From Dipteris shenzhenensis (lineage: Eukaryota): 64,000 bases of DNA. The stretch lies in assembly GCA_047967505.1 (NCBI GenBank), contig CM106538.1; one strand, given 5' to 3'. The notes under the pieces are model-generated. The model made no database searches and had not been told where the DNA came from. It was given only the letters and a program-made list of their open reading frames with translations. Positions 11,083-24,846 of this stretch are shown here, one piece after another. The translations under genes and the position numbers were made by a program. How positions within the stretch are numbered: the first letter of the stretch is position 1; each line of letters opens with the position of its first letter.

Positions 11083-11830
11083 TATTGGAGCAGCAGAAGC
11101 TGTCAATTCTTCACTGGAGGATGCACCGAGTGTGGGGGTCCCAAACTCTGTCCCATAGCCATGCATAGCCTTTCAGGGCTCGCAAAAAGTTCCAGGACAG
11201 GATGCTATCGAGAGTCTTCACTAGCCCAATATATTCAAGGGTCTCACAATTATTGTGGGACAATTAATCCACGTGTTGCCATGAGAAGTGAAGGCCATCA
11301 ATTCTTTCTCCAACCCCACCCCAGGTGCATTCTGGTCAACTCCACGTGTACACGACTGCTGCTAGGATCACATTACACGGACTATCAACAGGTATAAAAG
11401 TGGCTGCCAGTCTCTGCCCAACAAAAGTCACCTGTCAGAAACAGTCCACAGGTGTTAGGAGCCGCCGCTGCAGTTCGTGTGATCAGCACACATAGTCTGT
11501 CAGGCACACGACCTCTGCCACTGCAGCATCAGCCAGGCTGCCACGGGTTGCCACATCCTGTGACAGTCAGCCCATATTTCAGTCTGCCAATACAGTACAG
11601 CCCTCTACACGTCAGCTGTGAGTGGCTGCAAAGCAGCCAAATGCAGTCCAGCTCTGATACCAATTGTTGGATCTGATACCAATTGTTGGAGCAGCAGAAG
11701 CTGCCACTTGTCAACCACAGGGTGCACGTCCCACAGCCTCTCAGAGCCCCCAAAATGTCCCAGGAGGGATGCTCTGGAGGGTCTTCACTTGCCCATGTTC
11801 AAGGCTACAATCTAGCAGGTTGCCACAATA
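11083..11830 (-). mobile_element. Candidate degenerate TRIM-like miniature LTR element
   Basis: Diverged direct repeats start t(a/g)ttggagcagcagaagctg at 11083 and 11684. A reverse-complement tRNA-Met PBS (gctctgatacca) sits at 11651-11662, next to the right repeat, and a pyrimidine tract at about 11301-11322 could be the PPT. The interior is non-coding and no TSD was found. Confidence 0.5.
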
Positions 11831-12444
11831 GCTTCGATAAAGGAAAGCAGGGTAGTCCTGGTACGCATACCATACTGAAATTTTCGTATGGAATGGTACT
11901 GTATGTGTACCAAAAAGGTTAAAAGAAGTAAAAATAAAATTTTAAAATTGGGGGGGGAGTCGGATGTGTCCCCTTTTCTTTAAATGTATACTCGTAATTT
12001 CAAGACGTACCTGAAAATCCTACTGTTGCTTCAAATCAGGCTGATTTTGCATTCACTTGCCACCTCATTCTATCCACTGCTTCTCAAGGTGAAAGTTGAA
12101 ACCAATTACTAGATCAAATTGTAGAACATACTAGAGTAATGACTCATGACTCTACACCTTCGGTCTAAGGTGCTGTATGGACCATGGAATTGACTATTGC
12201 TTGGACGAGGAGACATGCAGCCGAAGAGAGCTGCAGTTAGAAGGGACTAAGGGTGATTGGCAACAAGGACGTGTATCAAGAAAGCTAAAGAAGGGCTACC
12301 AAGTGAGAAAGGGACAGCAGGGACTTGAGAAGGCTGGACAATGCTCTATAATTCGAAGTGGATAGGAGCACATTCTTTTAAATGCGAAGGACAGGTGGGG
12401 CATGCAATCTCCTTGACAAATCAACTGCAAACACTCTCTCCTTT

Positions 12445-12445
<1 letters not shown>

Positions 12446-12480
<35 letters not shown>
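12446..12480. repeat. (CT)n microsatellite
   Basis: Uninterrupted ctctct run. Confidence 0.95.
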
Positions 12481-12482
<2 letters not shown>

Positions 12483-15400
12483 AACACACTAGGGCCTAGG
12501 ACAATTGTCGGGCTGGACCCCCAGAAGGTTTTTATTCATGAAGAGAGGATTCGAATACATAGTTTAGCGTAGAGTTGTCTGTTACAAATTTCAAACGTGA
12601 ATCCATTTTACAAGAGCTTCAAGCTCAATCCAAAATGGCAACATGCCACTTGTAAATTATCTGGACTAAATCCTATTACATGTCTCTAAGGGCAATTTCT
12701 GGGGTCTTCGTAGCACTTGGTCACGCGGGTGGCCTTCAAAATGCTTGCTACTCTCCAAATTGCTTGGGTCTTTAGCCCCTCATAGTACCTGTAACAATTA
12801 GTTAAAGCGCACCACCATGGCCCCCATTAATTGTTAGTGCTTTTTCATGCAAATAATAGACTGTGGACTAATCCTAGTCATGGTGGGCGTCCCCATTGAA
12901 CACGTGTGAACAAAATATAGAACACAATTTTTGGTCGATCAAAGTCAACCCTCTTGGTTGTAATTAGGGGCTTGATCATCAGTCAGAGCGCCTTAATTAT
13001 GGCCAAGTCTCTCCAACCAAAGTCAACGCACCTTGGTTAACGAGGTTAACCCTCTTGGCGTGAGCCAAGTCTTGTTGATCAAAGTCAACACTCTTTGATC
13101 GTAGTGAGCTCTATGGTTCTCTTATTAACCGCAGTTAATCCTCTTGGTAATGAACTAAGTCTCCTCGATCGAAATTAGGCTTACTTGACCAGAGTCAAGT
13201 ATCTTTGACCGTAGTTAATTCTTTGATCATTAAAAGAACTCTTTTGACCATAATTAACCTAGATGGAAAACTCTTTAATTATGATCAAATAAATGTTCAA
13301 TTGAACTTTGACTTAGGATATTTACATTGTGGTGACATCCCCTCGGCTTTTATTCAGTTGACCTTAAGTGAAAAGCTTCCTTGTAAGCATCCAAAAGCTG
13401 TGGATGATTGGACAACATGTATCATCCATCCACTTGGCGTCCAATGCCATATAGTTCTTGAATTTTACAAGATACTTGTAAAACTCCTTGCCCTGAGGGC
13501 CTTTGCGTATAGTACGGTACACAATCTGCTATTGCAACATGTTTTAAAAATGATTTGGTCTTGGAATTAAAACACTATATTATCGAGAGAAATTGTGAGT
13601 GCTTCCTTACTATATTGGTTAAAGAACCTCCTCTAGATCCATCCACTTCTGGTGGATCCTCTACTATTGGCTCTGTAGGCTTTGGCTTGTGGAATTTCTT
13701 TAGAAGACTCACATGGAAAGCATTGTGAATCCTCCAATGCGCTGGCAATGCCAACTTGTATGCAACCTCATTTATTCCTTCTGTAATCCTGAAAGGGCCA
13801 TAGTACTTGGGAGATAACTTTGCATACACTTTTTGCTTGCCTTTAAACTTGCGGAGCCTAGCTTTCTTGAACTTCAAAAGTACCCAATCCCCTTCTGATT
13901 AGTTGCAAATATTTTATCTTTGGTCCTTAGGATAGGTGGCAGAATCACCTTCCCATAGATGACCTCAAAGGGGGCTTTGCTTGTAGAGTTGTGAATTGTA
14001 TTATTGTAAGCAAACTCTACCAATGGTAGGTACTTTTTCCAGTTTGAACCTTGGTCACCCACATAGCATTTCAGCATATCCAATGCTGTAGAATTTGCTA
14101 CTTCACTTTGACCATCTGTCTAGGGATGGAAAGAATTCAGATTCGTCCCTATGTTATCAAATAAAGCTCTCCAGAATAGAGTGGTCATTCTGGGATCTTG
14201 ATCACTGACAATGGACTTAGGCATACCATGGTGCTTAAAGACCTGTGCCATGAAAAGCTTAGCCATATGATCTGCCTTTATGGTTTTACGAATCGGAATG
14301 AAATGAGCTTGCTTGCTGAATCTATCAATGATAGTCCAAATCCCATCATTCCTTGACTTCAATCTTGGCAAATAAAAAATGAAGTCCATTGCAATACTCT
14401 CTCATGGTGCCTGAGGCACGGGAAGAGGCATAAGTAAGCCAGGTGCCTTTCGTATATCATACTTCACTTTCTGATAAAAAGATCTAACTGAAAATACGTT
14501 TGTTGAATGAGAACAAGTGAATGTTGACATAAACGTATTTGGCAGGATGCTCTCTTTACGTCATAAATATGCGAAGCTTTAGAAGATGCATTTACAATAG
14601 CTTTACTTTTTCCCCATCCATTCTACAAGGGCAAGCAAGCAAAACCACCAAGGGAGGTGTCCGCAACCATGATATTGTAAATTTGTTAAGTGGATTAAAG
14701 AATGCAATTTCTTGATTTCTTCGAAAAGGAACATAAAAACGAAACAATATAAGGTATTCAGTAACAAACTGATGTATATCTTTCTGCATCCCTGGCCAAA
14801 AGTAATACCTCTCTAGTGCTTGAGTTATTGTTGTAATTCCCCTATGCCCAGCATAGGGAGGTGCATGGCATTCTTCCAAAATCTTTATCCTCATCTCTTG
14901 GGTGATGCATAGGCAGTCATCTTTCATTAGATACTCATCTTTTAGGGAATAGTGACTAGTGGACTGCCCCTCTTGCATTTGCTGTAAAATCTCACCAAAA
15001 TATGCATCATTAGTATATTGCTCCCTCGTGTCTTCTAGGTCTTGATGATAAGCAATAGTCACATTGTTGACCTGGGGTCTTCGGGACAAGGCATCTGCCA
15101 CTGTGTTTCGAACTCCTAGAGTACGGACAATCTTAAAATGGTATATTGATAGCATGTTTGCCCATTTCATATGCTTCTTGAAAAGCTTTGTCTGAGTAAA
15201 AAAGTATCTCAGACTTTGATGATCTGTTTTGAAATATGCACCCAAAAGATAATGCTTCCATGTATGGATGGCATGAATTACGGCCAATAACTCTTTCTCA
15301 TAGATTTCCAAATATCTCTTTGCATCTCGGAGTCTCTTGCTCTCATAGGCCACTACATGACCATTCTGATGCAACGCAGCCCCAACACATTCCCCACAAG

Positions 15401-18400
15401 CATCACAATCCACATCAAATGGCTGATACAAATCTGGAACTATTAAGATTGGCTCTATGGTTAGCCTCTCTTTGAGTGTGGTGAAGGCTTTCTTCTGAGG
15501 AATTTCCCATCTGAAAGCTGCATTTTTCTTAGTAAGATCGTGGAGTGGAGATATCTGCAAAATGCCAGATACATCTTCGGTAGTAAGAACACAGGCCTAG
15601 GAAACTTCGAACTTCATGCACAGTTTTTAGCTCTAGCCATTCTTGAATGGCTCGGATCTTTGCCGGATCCATCCGTATCCCATCTTTGGATATTATATGC
15701 CCCAAGTAATGGATCTCTTATAGAAAGAATTCACTTTTCTTGCTGTTTGCATAGAGCTGATGATTTCTTAGCTCTTGAAACACTGTAGCAAGATGTTCCT
15801 TGTGCTCTTCTTCGGACTTAGAAAAGACAATTATGTCATTGAAGAAGGTACCAATGAACTGTCTGTACGGTCGGAAGATCCGATCCATCATCTTATTGAA
15901 TGTAGATGGGGCATTAGTCAACCCAAAAGGCATCACCCGATACTCATATAACCCAAAAGTAGTGCGGAACGCTATCTTGTGCACATCCTAAGGTTGTATC
16001 CTCACTTGGTGATAGCCACTCCTTAACTCTATCCTGTTGAAAACTGAAGCTCCATTTAACTGATCCAACACATCATCAATGCGCGGAATAGGGAATCTAT
16101 TCTTGATGGTCATTTTGTTCAGTGCGCGCGGTAATCGATGCACATACAGAATGAGCCATCTTTCTTCTATACTAGCAGTACATGGGAACAAAAAGGAGAA
16201 GAACTGGGTTGAATTAGCCCCTTGGACAACAAGTCCTGCACCTGAGTCATAATCTCCTCTTGCTGAGTCGCACTAACTTTGTATGGGGGTCTATTGGGTG
16301 GCTCATTGCTAGGAATGAGTTTTATGCCATGATCCTCAAGTCTCTTAGGGCTAACTCCCTTGGCAAAGCGTTGAAATTTATTCTGATCTATCTCACTTAT
16401 TTTAGCATGCATTTCCACATCTCTCTCTTTTACAAAAAGCATGTAAGGTGAAACTACAGACTTTATTTCTTTTCCAATAGAACTATTTGATACAATGGGA
16501 ATAGTTTCCTCTCTATTCCTAGCAACCACACGATGTACTTTGCCCCTATGTATAAACTCTAGCACTCTTTCAGGAAGAGTTAACCTTACTGCCTTGCGAT
16601 GGAACCAAGGCATACCCAAGACTACATCATGATGTTTTAGTGGAGAAATGAAGAAGTCTTCCTGATCCACATAACTCTGTACATGAAGATGGAGCTTCCC
16701 TATCAAGGGAGTGACTGTCACAGGGTTCCCACAGAACATCTGGTCGGCATCCAGAGCCCTGTCCAACTCCTCCGTCTTTATTCCCATCCTCAGAGCGATA
16801 TCCTCTGATATAAAGTTAGCAGTAGCCCTTGGATCAAATAAAATCAGCGCTTGCTGGTCTCTGACTTTGCCCCATGATAGCAGCAATTCTCATTCCTCTG
16901 GGTTTGAAACATGACCCAATATGTCAGGAGTTCCTCCTGCCGTTGGCTTGTGTGGTCCTTGTGGCTTCTTTGCCTCTTTTCCCTTCGGGGTTGAAGGCTT
17001 TTTTGGGCACTCAGCAGCCACATACCCCTCTTTGCTGCATCTGAAGCATTTATCCTCTTTCTTGAAAGTTTCAATCTATTTAGGGGTCAACTGTGGTCTT
17101 ACCTTATAGGGCCTTTGTATCTAGTTTCCCCTCAGCTTATGAGGATAAAAGCCCCTCTTCTGAGCCTTAGGAAACTCTCTTATTTCAAACTTGGGGGGGG
17201 TCACTGACTTTTTATCCCTCGGTAACCCTGCCTATAGTGAAGGCACACTAGTAGGATCTTGCATGTATATGAGACTAGCCACATTGGCTGAATGCATAAG
17301 ATCTGATATTTCTTTAATATCTTTAGTGTTTACTTGGGCCTGTATCTTTGGAGTGAGTCCGGCCCAGTACTTCCTGAGTTGTCTTGTCAGAAATTTTCTT
17401 GAAAGGTGAAACCTTTAAGTATGCGTCCCAAAATTTCTGGTTGTAAGACTCAACTATATCTTGTGCTTCCATATGAATGCTCTCCCAACCAAGAAGGACA
17501 TGATACCGAAACAGTTTGGGAATAAACTATTTATAGTAAGCTTTCTTAAAGTCCTTCCATTTCTCAGGGGCTACATAGTTGGCTGTTTTAGCTATCCACC
17601 ATGCATTGGATGTACTAGTCAAGTGTAAACCAACCATACGAAGCTTTGAGGACTCACAGAAATTTTCCAGGCTGAAGGCAGCATCAAACTACCTTATGAA
17701 CTGCATTGCCTTTTCAGTTGGCCATACTGGCCATTGTAAGTGGCAAATCTTACTGACTTCCCACTGTCTTTGAATTCTTTAGTCTCTGCCTTCCTGCTGG
17801 ACTTCTTCTTCTTCTTCTTCTTTGGCTTTGAAGATCCAGAAGAAGGAGATGATGTTGATGAATTGGATGAACTATGATGATGCTTCGTCTTTTTCTTCTT
17901 GGGAAGAGGATCTTCTCTTTTCCTCTTTTTACCCACCACCACTTCTTCCTGATCTTCTCCAGAGGGAGACTTCTTTGGCTTTTCCTCAAAAAGAGGTTGT
18001 ACCATCTTGCGAAACAAGGGATCACTTGTTGCCTCTCCTATTGCATAATCAACTCTCTGTAGGGCATTCTCTTTATAAATATGTATAGCCTCAGCCTGCT
18101 ATACCTGGTTAGATTCTACCATTCGCTCATGGGATGATTGGGCATGTTGCTATGAAGCCATCTCTACAACTTGTCTGAGATCTACAACTCTCACACACTG
18201 TGTATGCAACTGATGCAATCAGCCTTTGCTTTTCAAAGAGAAAAATACCTCAGCAAGAGGTGTCTTGCATTCACAACTTGTGCTAGTGCTGGGCTGTTAA
18301 CTCAACGCATAAACTCAAAGCGGTGTGCCCCTTTTCTGGCTATTGCAAATGACATTCAAAAAAAGCATCTCTTTTCCCCTTTTTCACTACTCAAAGGCAT

Positions 18401-18849
18401 GCATATTCTTTTTCTGCAAATCTCTGATTTTATTGTGTTTCTGCTGCTTTTCTGATAGTAAAAGTCTAACAGGTAGGTGGAAAACTGATGGCAGAAATTG
18501 TCTCTATAACTTATTTTTTCTTTTTTTGGGACAATAACTGGATGAGTAACCGGTTGCTTACACTAACCAAACTAACTTTCTCTAGTCTGGTTAGGTGAGC
18601 AAGCCAATTAGTCTGTAATTGAACCTCTAACCAAAGTAACTAAATTGGTCACAATTTGGTTACTCTAACCAGACTGGTCTAGTTACTCTAACAAGATTGG
18701 TTTGGTTTGGTTAGGCTAATTGGACCTCTAACCAAACTGGACATTTTAACCCAGTTCACTAACCAAGGTTAGGTTAGTTGTGTGTCAGTGCCACATCATC
18801 TCACGCATGTACTGCCACATCAACGTCTCCTAGCCATCTTGCATTTCTA

Positions 18850-19245
18850 CATACATGAAGGTGCAAAATATGGAATGGGTCAATAGAATTTGCATGTCCA
18901 TGTGTTGGATTGCACTCAAACTTTGCACAGGAATTAAACCCTATGGCCTCCATGTTCTTCCAAAGTTTTAGTTGCATATGACACTGAATGTCAGCCCTGG
19001 GAGGTGAAACGACCCATTATCACCCTATGCACCTTGTTACATATGTGAAGGTGCAAAATATGGTATGGGTCAGTAGGATTTGCATGTCCACTTGTTAGAT
19101 TGGACTCAAAATTTGCACAGGACTTAAAATCTATGGTCTCCATGTTCTCTTAAAGTTTGAGTCCCATTTTACACCAAAGGTATGCACTGGGAGGTGAAGG
19201 GGCCAATTTTCACCCTGTGTGCCTCGTTGTGCCTATGCGAAGGTT
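18850..19245. repeat. Two diverged tandem copies of a 190-bp unit in the Gypsy leader region
   Basis: tgaaggtgcaaaatatgg at 18856 and 19046, with colinear similarity across the unit. Confidence 0.85.
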
Positions 19246-21468
19246 TCAGCGCACGTGAAGGTCTATATGCGAGAAGATATTTCTTGTGGGATGGGTGTCG
19301 GTTGCTTTTCTAAAAGCCCACAAGACCCATCCCTACTAAAATGCTCATGACCCCCAAACGGAATTATCGTTACCTTGATTGGGGTATCCCACTGGTCATC
19401 ACTGAAAAGCACCCTGCGCTGCCTCAAAGCCTATGCTTGTGCGAAGGTTTCTCCAAATCTTCACCCGTGCACCCTCGATGGTGGCGTTCGTCATGCATGC
19501 TATGACCAAACTCTCTACAAGTTCTTCCTTTGGACCATTTTCCCATGTGCGCAATCAGCAAGAGATCAACCTCCGTGTGCTGACCAAGTAAATGGTCAAC
19601 TGTATTTTGACTTAGGATATTTATATTGTGGTGACAGGGCATGCCATGAAAGCATGAAGTGACTTCCTCGAGACCCTCAAGATCAAAGTATTGAATGTGG
19701 GTGCATGGTCACTAGACAAAGCCCTAGCAATCCTGTATGCTCATAGTATTAGACATGAGGTGATGAGATCTGATATGGAACTAAAAAATGCATGATAAGA
19801 CGTGTTTCGGGGGATACCGTGTTGTACTAACAATTAATGGGAGAACTCAATTAAGGTAATAAAAGGAGATCCACATAGATAGCACGGGAAGGAAATATAA
19901 GAATGGCAGTTTGCTAATCTCACATATATAAATGAAATGGTACAATATATCATAGGATGACCCTTCATGCATTTGGGAGAGAGGATATAATGAGGTACTC
20001 AAAGGATCACACAATTATCTGTGGATGAAAGAAATGGAAGAGGATAGTGAACAAAGAAGGGGTCAAAAGAAAACATCACAAGATGTAGGAGGAGCCACTC
20101 TCATGGGAAAACTGTTGCTTATCCTATGTGGGTGCTCCAGACTTGAAATATGCAGTGGCTTTCACTTTTCAAAGACCTGGGAGGTTGCACATGTAAACCC
20201 CACAAGGGCCAAGTGTGATGGACAGCACGATTATAAGTCCACCCATGAGGCATATAATGAAGTACCGATTAATGACAAGACATTGGAGTTCGAGCATAGG
20301 GCCATATCTCTTAGGAAAGGAATGCAACTATTTTGTGGAAAAACAAATATCCCCCAATCCTCCAGTTTAAGGATGGAAAGACTCATGTGTAGGAAATAGA
20401 AAAGTGCAATTTCCCAATGTAGCGTGCCTCATAAGGAGATGAACAAATGCATGGTAGAAAATAGCCCACAAATGCTTCATAAAGAGCAAAGGAAGAAGAA
20501 AAGGGACACCTCGCAACAAGTGGTATGATGAGGAATGAAAAATGACCAACAAATGATGGAAAATAGTAAACACAATAGGAAATTTAACAAGAGCATGGAA
20601 GCAGCTAGTAAGAAAGAAGAAGAGAAGGTTCCTAAGATAAAAATAGTTCAAGGATTTTAAGGAGCTTAAAAAAAATTGCCGAAAGTTCTTTAGAAAGCTA
20701 CAAGGAAGCAAACCACCAGTGGAGGGAAAGCTGCATGGAAAGACATAGAGTTTGTCAAGCACCTCTACAAGAGAGAAGGGGAAAAAAAGGCTAATTAGAA
20801 TTGCTCTATCAAGTCCACAGATGATATTATCACATTAGAAATTGGAGAGGGCTTTGAAGAAATTAGCAAATGGGAATACCCCGATGGTAGAAGATGCTGA
20901 AATAGGGAGGAGACAAAACAAAAGAGATGCTAACCATGCTAGTAAAGCTATGGAAAAGGGATTTCTCATGGAGCGGCAACTCAATAGAATCATACTGATT
21001 CACAGAGGAGGAGACAATAGGACCAGAAGCATTTACAAAACGATCATGGTAAGTAGTTTATGGAATAATTATATGGTACGATACTTGAGTAGAAAATTAG
21101 CGCGAATGGGCAGATTGTAAAGAACTACTATTGTTTTGATAGTGGTTTCTAGTCCCATAGATCATGTAGGGTCTCAAGAGAACTTCAATACAATCCTATC
21201 ATATCATGTAGGGTCTCAAGCAGACATCAATACAATCATATCATGTCATTTCTCTATGTTTGGGTCTTGCCTAGCTGGAGACTACCAAGGTTGTTACTAG
21301 TGTCATCCAGACGACTAGTTGAGAATGGGGCTAGCACAGGTAGGGCATTCAGATGGACCATCTCTCTCCCTTCTCGTACAGCTTGGATGCCCCATTCCTC
21401 TAGGTATTGTGAGATGAGATTAACCTTATCATAGGGTGGTATCTACTCCAACTCTATACATCATGGAT

Positions 21469-22085
21469 TGTTAAATTACAGGGCGCAGCATAACAGAAAC
21501 TGAATAAAGAATAGAGAGTACACAACAAACTGGAGAGGAACAAACTTTTCCTTCAATACTGATGTAGTACAGACGATGGCTCCATCCACCCGTGTGCTCC
21601 CACAGTGGAGCTTAGATGACGATCTAGACAGATACTAGGTGAAGAGCTACTAGCTAGAAGATCTAATCTGATCTGAACTGATCTGATACAATGGACTGGG
21701 GAGGTCGCCTCTTTATAGCTATGAGGGCGGTAGTCGGATCAACGTAGTTGCTGGAGTCGACCAGTCGACCTAGTCGGTGGAGCCGACCAGTCAACCTATT
21801 CGGTGGAATCGACTAGTTGTCCATAGAATATTCAGAGAATATTCCCTATACCATCGCCTCGGGGGCTCCCGCCCTCGAGCCCCCACCAAGGGGGCCACTG
21901 GCCCCCTTGGGACCCCCTAGTTGGGGGCCAGTTGGCCCCTAAGCCCTAGCAAGAATAAGGGGCTCCCACACAATCACCTTTCTACCATCAACGGTCTCAT
22001 TAATAGACCTCATCTGACATGTGAGTCAAGATCCATCTAGTGTCCTAGGCTCACACATGGCTTCTCCTCATATGGGGGCCTTACA
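21469..22085 (-). mobile_element. Solo LTR (Copia-like family)
   Basis: Termini TGTTAA...CTTACA. It is the reverse-complement homologue of 43058-43528, and its end ctcatatggggg.cttaca resembles the LTR end at 52881. No matching TSD was seen. Confidence 0.65.
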
Positions 22086-23467
22086 ACTTGAGCACCTTGG
22101 ACTTCTGGTGGTTACTAGGAGGGTGGGGCATTGAGCATATCTAACATGGACTTGGGAAGAGGAAGCATGGATTTCCCATCATGATTTAGTTCTACTTCAA
22201 CCACTTCCTGAGAGGATTGGAGGATGAGTCCACTTCCTGTGTAGTTGCCCCGTGTACTATGAGATCCGAGGATAGTACCATTGTCGCTTTTAGAAGGGGC
22301 ACAGTTTTGGGCCACTATTCGGTTGGTCCAATTCCATGACGAGTTTTGCGTTGGTGTCTATTTGATGGAGATGTGGCAATAGAGAGACCTTACTATGGTA
22401 GATCAGACAACAAGAGGTGGCAACACCATAGGAGCCAGATCGTGCATAGTGACATGTCATCGACTTCTATGCATTTGAGTCAGCACCAAGACACACTGGA
22501 GTAGAGGAGGAGGAGAGAGCTGATGGGCAGCATGGATCAGTGGAAAGAGATGGCGTAGAGTGGTGGCACCAGAGACAAGATTACACACGATGTAAAAGTT
22601 TACCAGAGCACATACAATATAGGTCTAGGCCACCCTTGCCCTACTTAGAGGAGACTGTCTACATAAGCTGGAGTTTCACTGTTGATATGATACAAAGATC
22701 ATGGAGACCGTACCCCTCACTAAAGCAAGAGATGACCTGATAGACACAGCTATGAGACATTTTGCATGTCATTGGAGAGCCACCATGGTGCCTAGATACT
22801 AAGGATTACCAAAAAGCGAGTGATACAAAACAATAAAAAATTTATAAATCCCCTATTTGAGTATCAAAAAAATATAATTTATTCAAAAGTTCATATGTTT
22901 CCTCAATGCTAAAAGGTTAAATATGCATATGACTTTAGAGCCATTAACACTAATTTCACATCCCCCATAAGAGAGTTGGTATGTTTCATTGCAAGTCATC
23001 ATTAGTATCAAAGACCATTCCTACTACTGCAATCAAGTTCTCTCTTTGCACCATAGTAATTGGGATCATCAATGCAACCTTCCACACAAGTCGGGCGTTT
23101 GCACAAACTCCTTGAATGGATTAGCCTTCATTCCATGCATATGTAAATGCTTAGCTTTTTACACTCTATTCACTCTTGGAATAAACCCATGTTTCTTTGT
23201 TCCTACAAAAACATCCATTCCCAATGTTCACACTTACATCCCACTAATCCAACTAGTGCAAAAAATTCAACATAAATTCATTTTTTGGTGCATGATATTT
23301 TACTAGATGGTGCAAAATGGCATGATAATCATCTAAATCTGACCTTGCCATTTGATTTGATATGTAACGTGACCTTGTTTGGACTTGTAAATCAAAAGAT
23401 ACAAGGATGTGAAAATGCCATCTTTTGGGCCAAAACAGAGGGCGCGTTAACTCTTCATCTAAATCAT

Positions 23468-24846
23468 TGTGAAGAGAGTGGGAGAGAAGGAGTCTCACTT
23501 GCAGCTTTCTCACATACACAATGGGGGAATACACACAAAGGTGGAGGCTGAAAACAATTTTCCTTTTCTTAGTTGTGAAAGCCAAAAGAACTCTCTCTAA
23601 GTAAAAAAGGAATAGGTGAACCCTATATGTGGGTCTCAAACCAAACTCAGCTAACCTAGGTGGCATACTAACTGAGCCACTAACTAGAGTACATAAAGAT
23701 AGCTGTCATCTAGCTATTATTCATGGGCGGTGTACCAACTACATCTGCAGCTTAACAAGTCGGTGACATAAATGCACAATGGTCACCCTCGCATATCATG
23801 AGTGGAGCTCGATATCTCAACACTCCCCCTCGAGCTCAATCCCAATTCCTACACACCAAGCAGGTCTTTGAACTTGCGCAGCTTCTTTGCACCCAATGCC
23901 TTCGTGAATATGTTAGCTACTTGATCCTCTGTGGTGACATAAACTAGATCAATAAAACCTACTCAAACCTTCTCCCACACATAGTGATAATGCACCTCAA
24001 TGTGCTTTGTTCTAGCATGATAGATTGGGTTATTTGCTAAGGGTATACTCCTCATGTTGTCATAATAAATGACAACCGGCCCATCTGTAGATTGATGCAT
24101 ATCATAAAGTAGCTTATGCAACCAAGCTACCTCACATGTAGCCATTGCTGTACCCCTGTACTCAGCCTCTGTGCTCAACAAGGCAAGTGTAGGTTGTTTC
24201 TTGCTGCTCCAAGTGACTGTAGCACTCCCAAAAGAGAACATATATCCATTGGTAGATTGTCTATCAGAAATACTACCAGGCCAATCAGCATTAGTGTATC
24301 CATGCAACTGTATCTGAACCCCAGTCTCATAAAATAGTCCATACTGCAATGTGGACTTCACATAACTCAGTATGCGTCTAGCCGCATCCAAATGCAGTTT
24401 CCTTGGAGCCTGCATAAACTAACCTACCAACCCAATAGCATAGCTCAAATCTGGCCTGGTAATAGTCATATAAATCAAACTTCCTACTATGCGTTTGTAC
24501 ATAGTAGGATCTTCCAGAAGCTCACCTGCATCTATGCTCAACTTCACATTCTGCTCCAAAGGAATTGAAATAGGCTTACAGCATGTCATCCCATATTTGG
24601 GCTGCATGTCCAATCCATACTGCCTTTGTAAGAGCCATATCCCACTTGTGGATCTAATCACCTCAATGCCCAAGAAGTAATGCAGCTCTCCCAAATCCTT
24701 CATATCAAACTTTTACTTCAATAGCATTTTCACACATTGAACGATATCTTCATCACTATCACCTATGATGATCAAATCATCAACATAAATGACAAGCAAC
24801 ATAATGCCTTTCTCTATTTTTCTCACATAAAGTGAGAGATCTGCCT
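23468..24846 (-). mobile_element. Older Ty1/Copia element, 3' part (RT C-terminus, RNase H, PPT, 3' LTR)
   Basis: VIYVDDLII (about 24780), MKDLGELHYFLGIEV, WSSKKQPTLALLSTEAEY and HARTKHIEVHYH. The PPT complement ctccccct at 23823-23830 lies next to the LTR end ...tctcaaca at 23822. The left LTR boundary is uncertain. Confidence 0.88.

Larger units (their letters stand above)
12400..19636 (-). mobile_element. Degenerate Ty3/Gypsy chromovirus-type LTR retrotransposon (gag-PR-RT-RH-IN-chromodomain)
   Basis: Frameshifted minus-strand domains: gag (about 17000-18100), protease ILFDPRAT (16840), RT FRTTFGLYEYRVMPFGLTNAP (15700-16250), RNase H (15060-15540), integrase with GPF motif (13700-14900) and chromodomain-like YKYLVKFKNYMALDAKWMDD (about 13415-13480). 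The PPT follows the LTR end ...ggtgaca at 13337, and the same terminus recurs at 19636. The left boundary is approximate. Confidence 0.88.

Noticed and set aside
12398-12402. GGGCA as a possible TSD matching 19637-19641 for the Gypsy element
   Set aside because: The following TGCAAT does not mirror the GTGACA terminus and the LTR start cannot be confirmed, so this may be chance.
19640-21130. Possible decayed non-LTR or Penelope-like element on the minus strand
   Set aside because: It is too degenerate to show a diagnostic motif.
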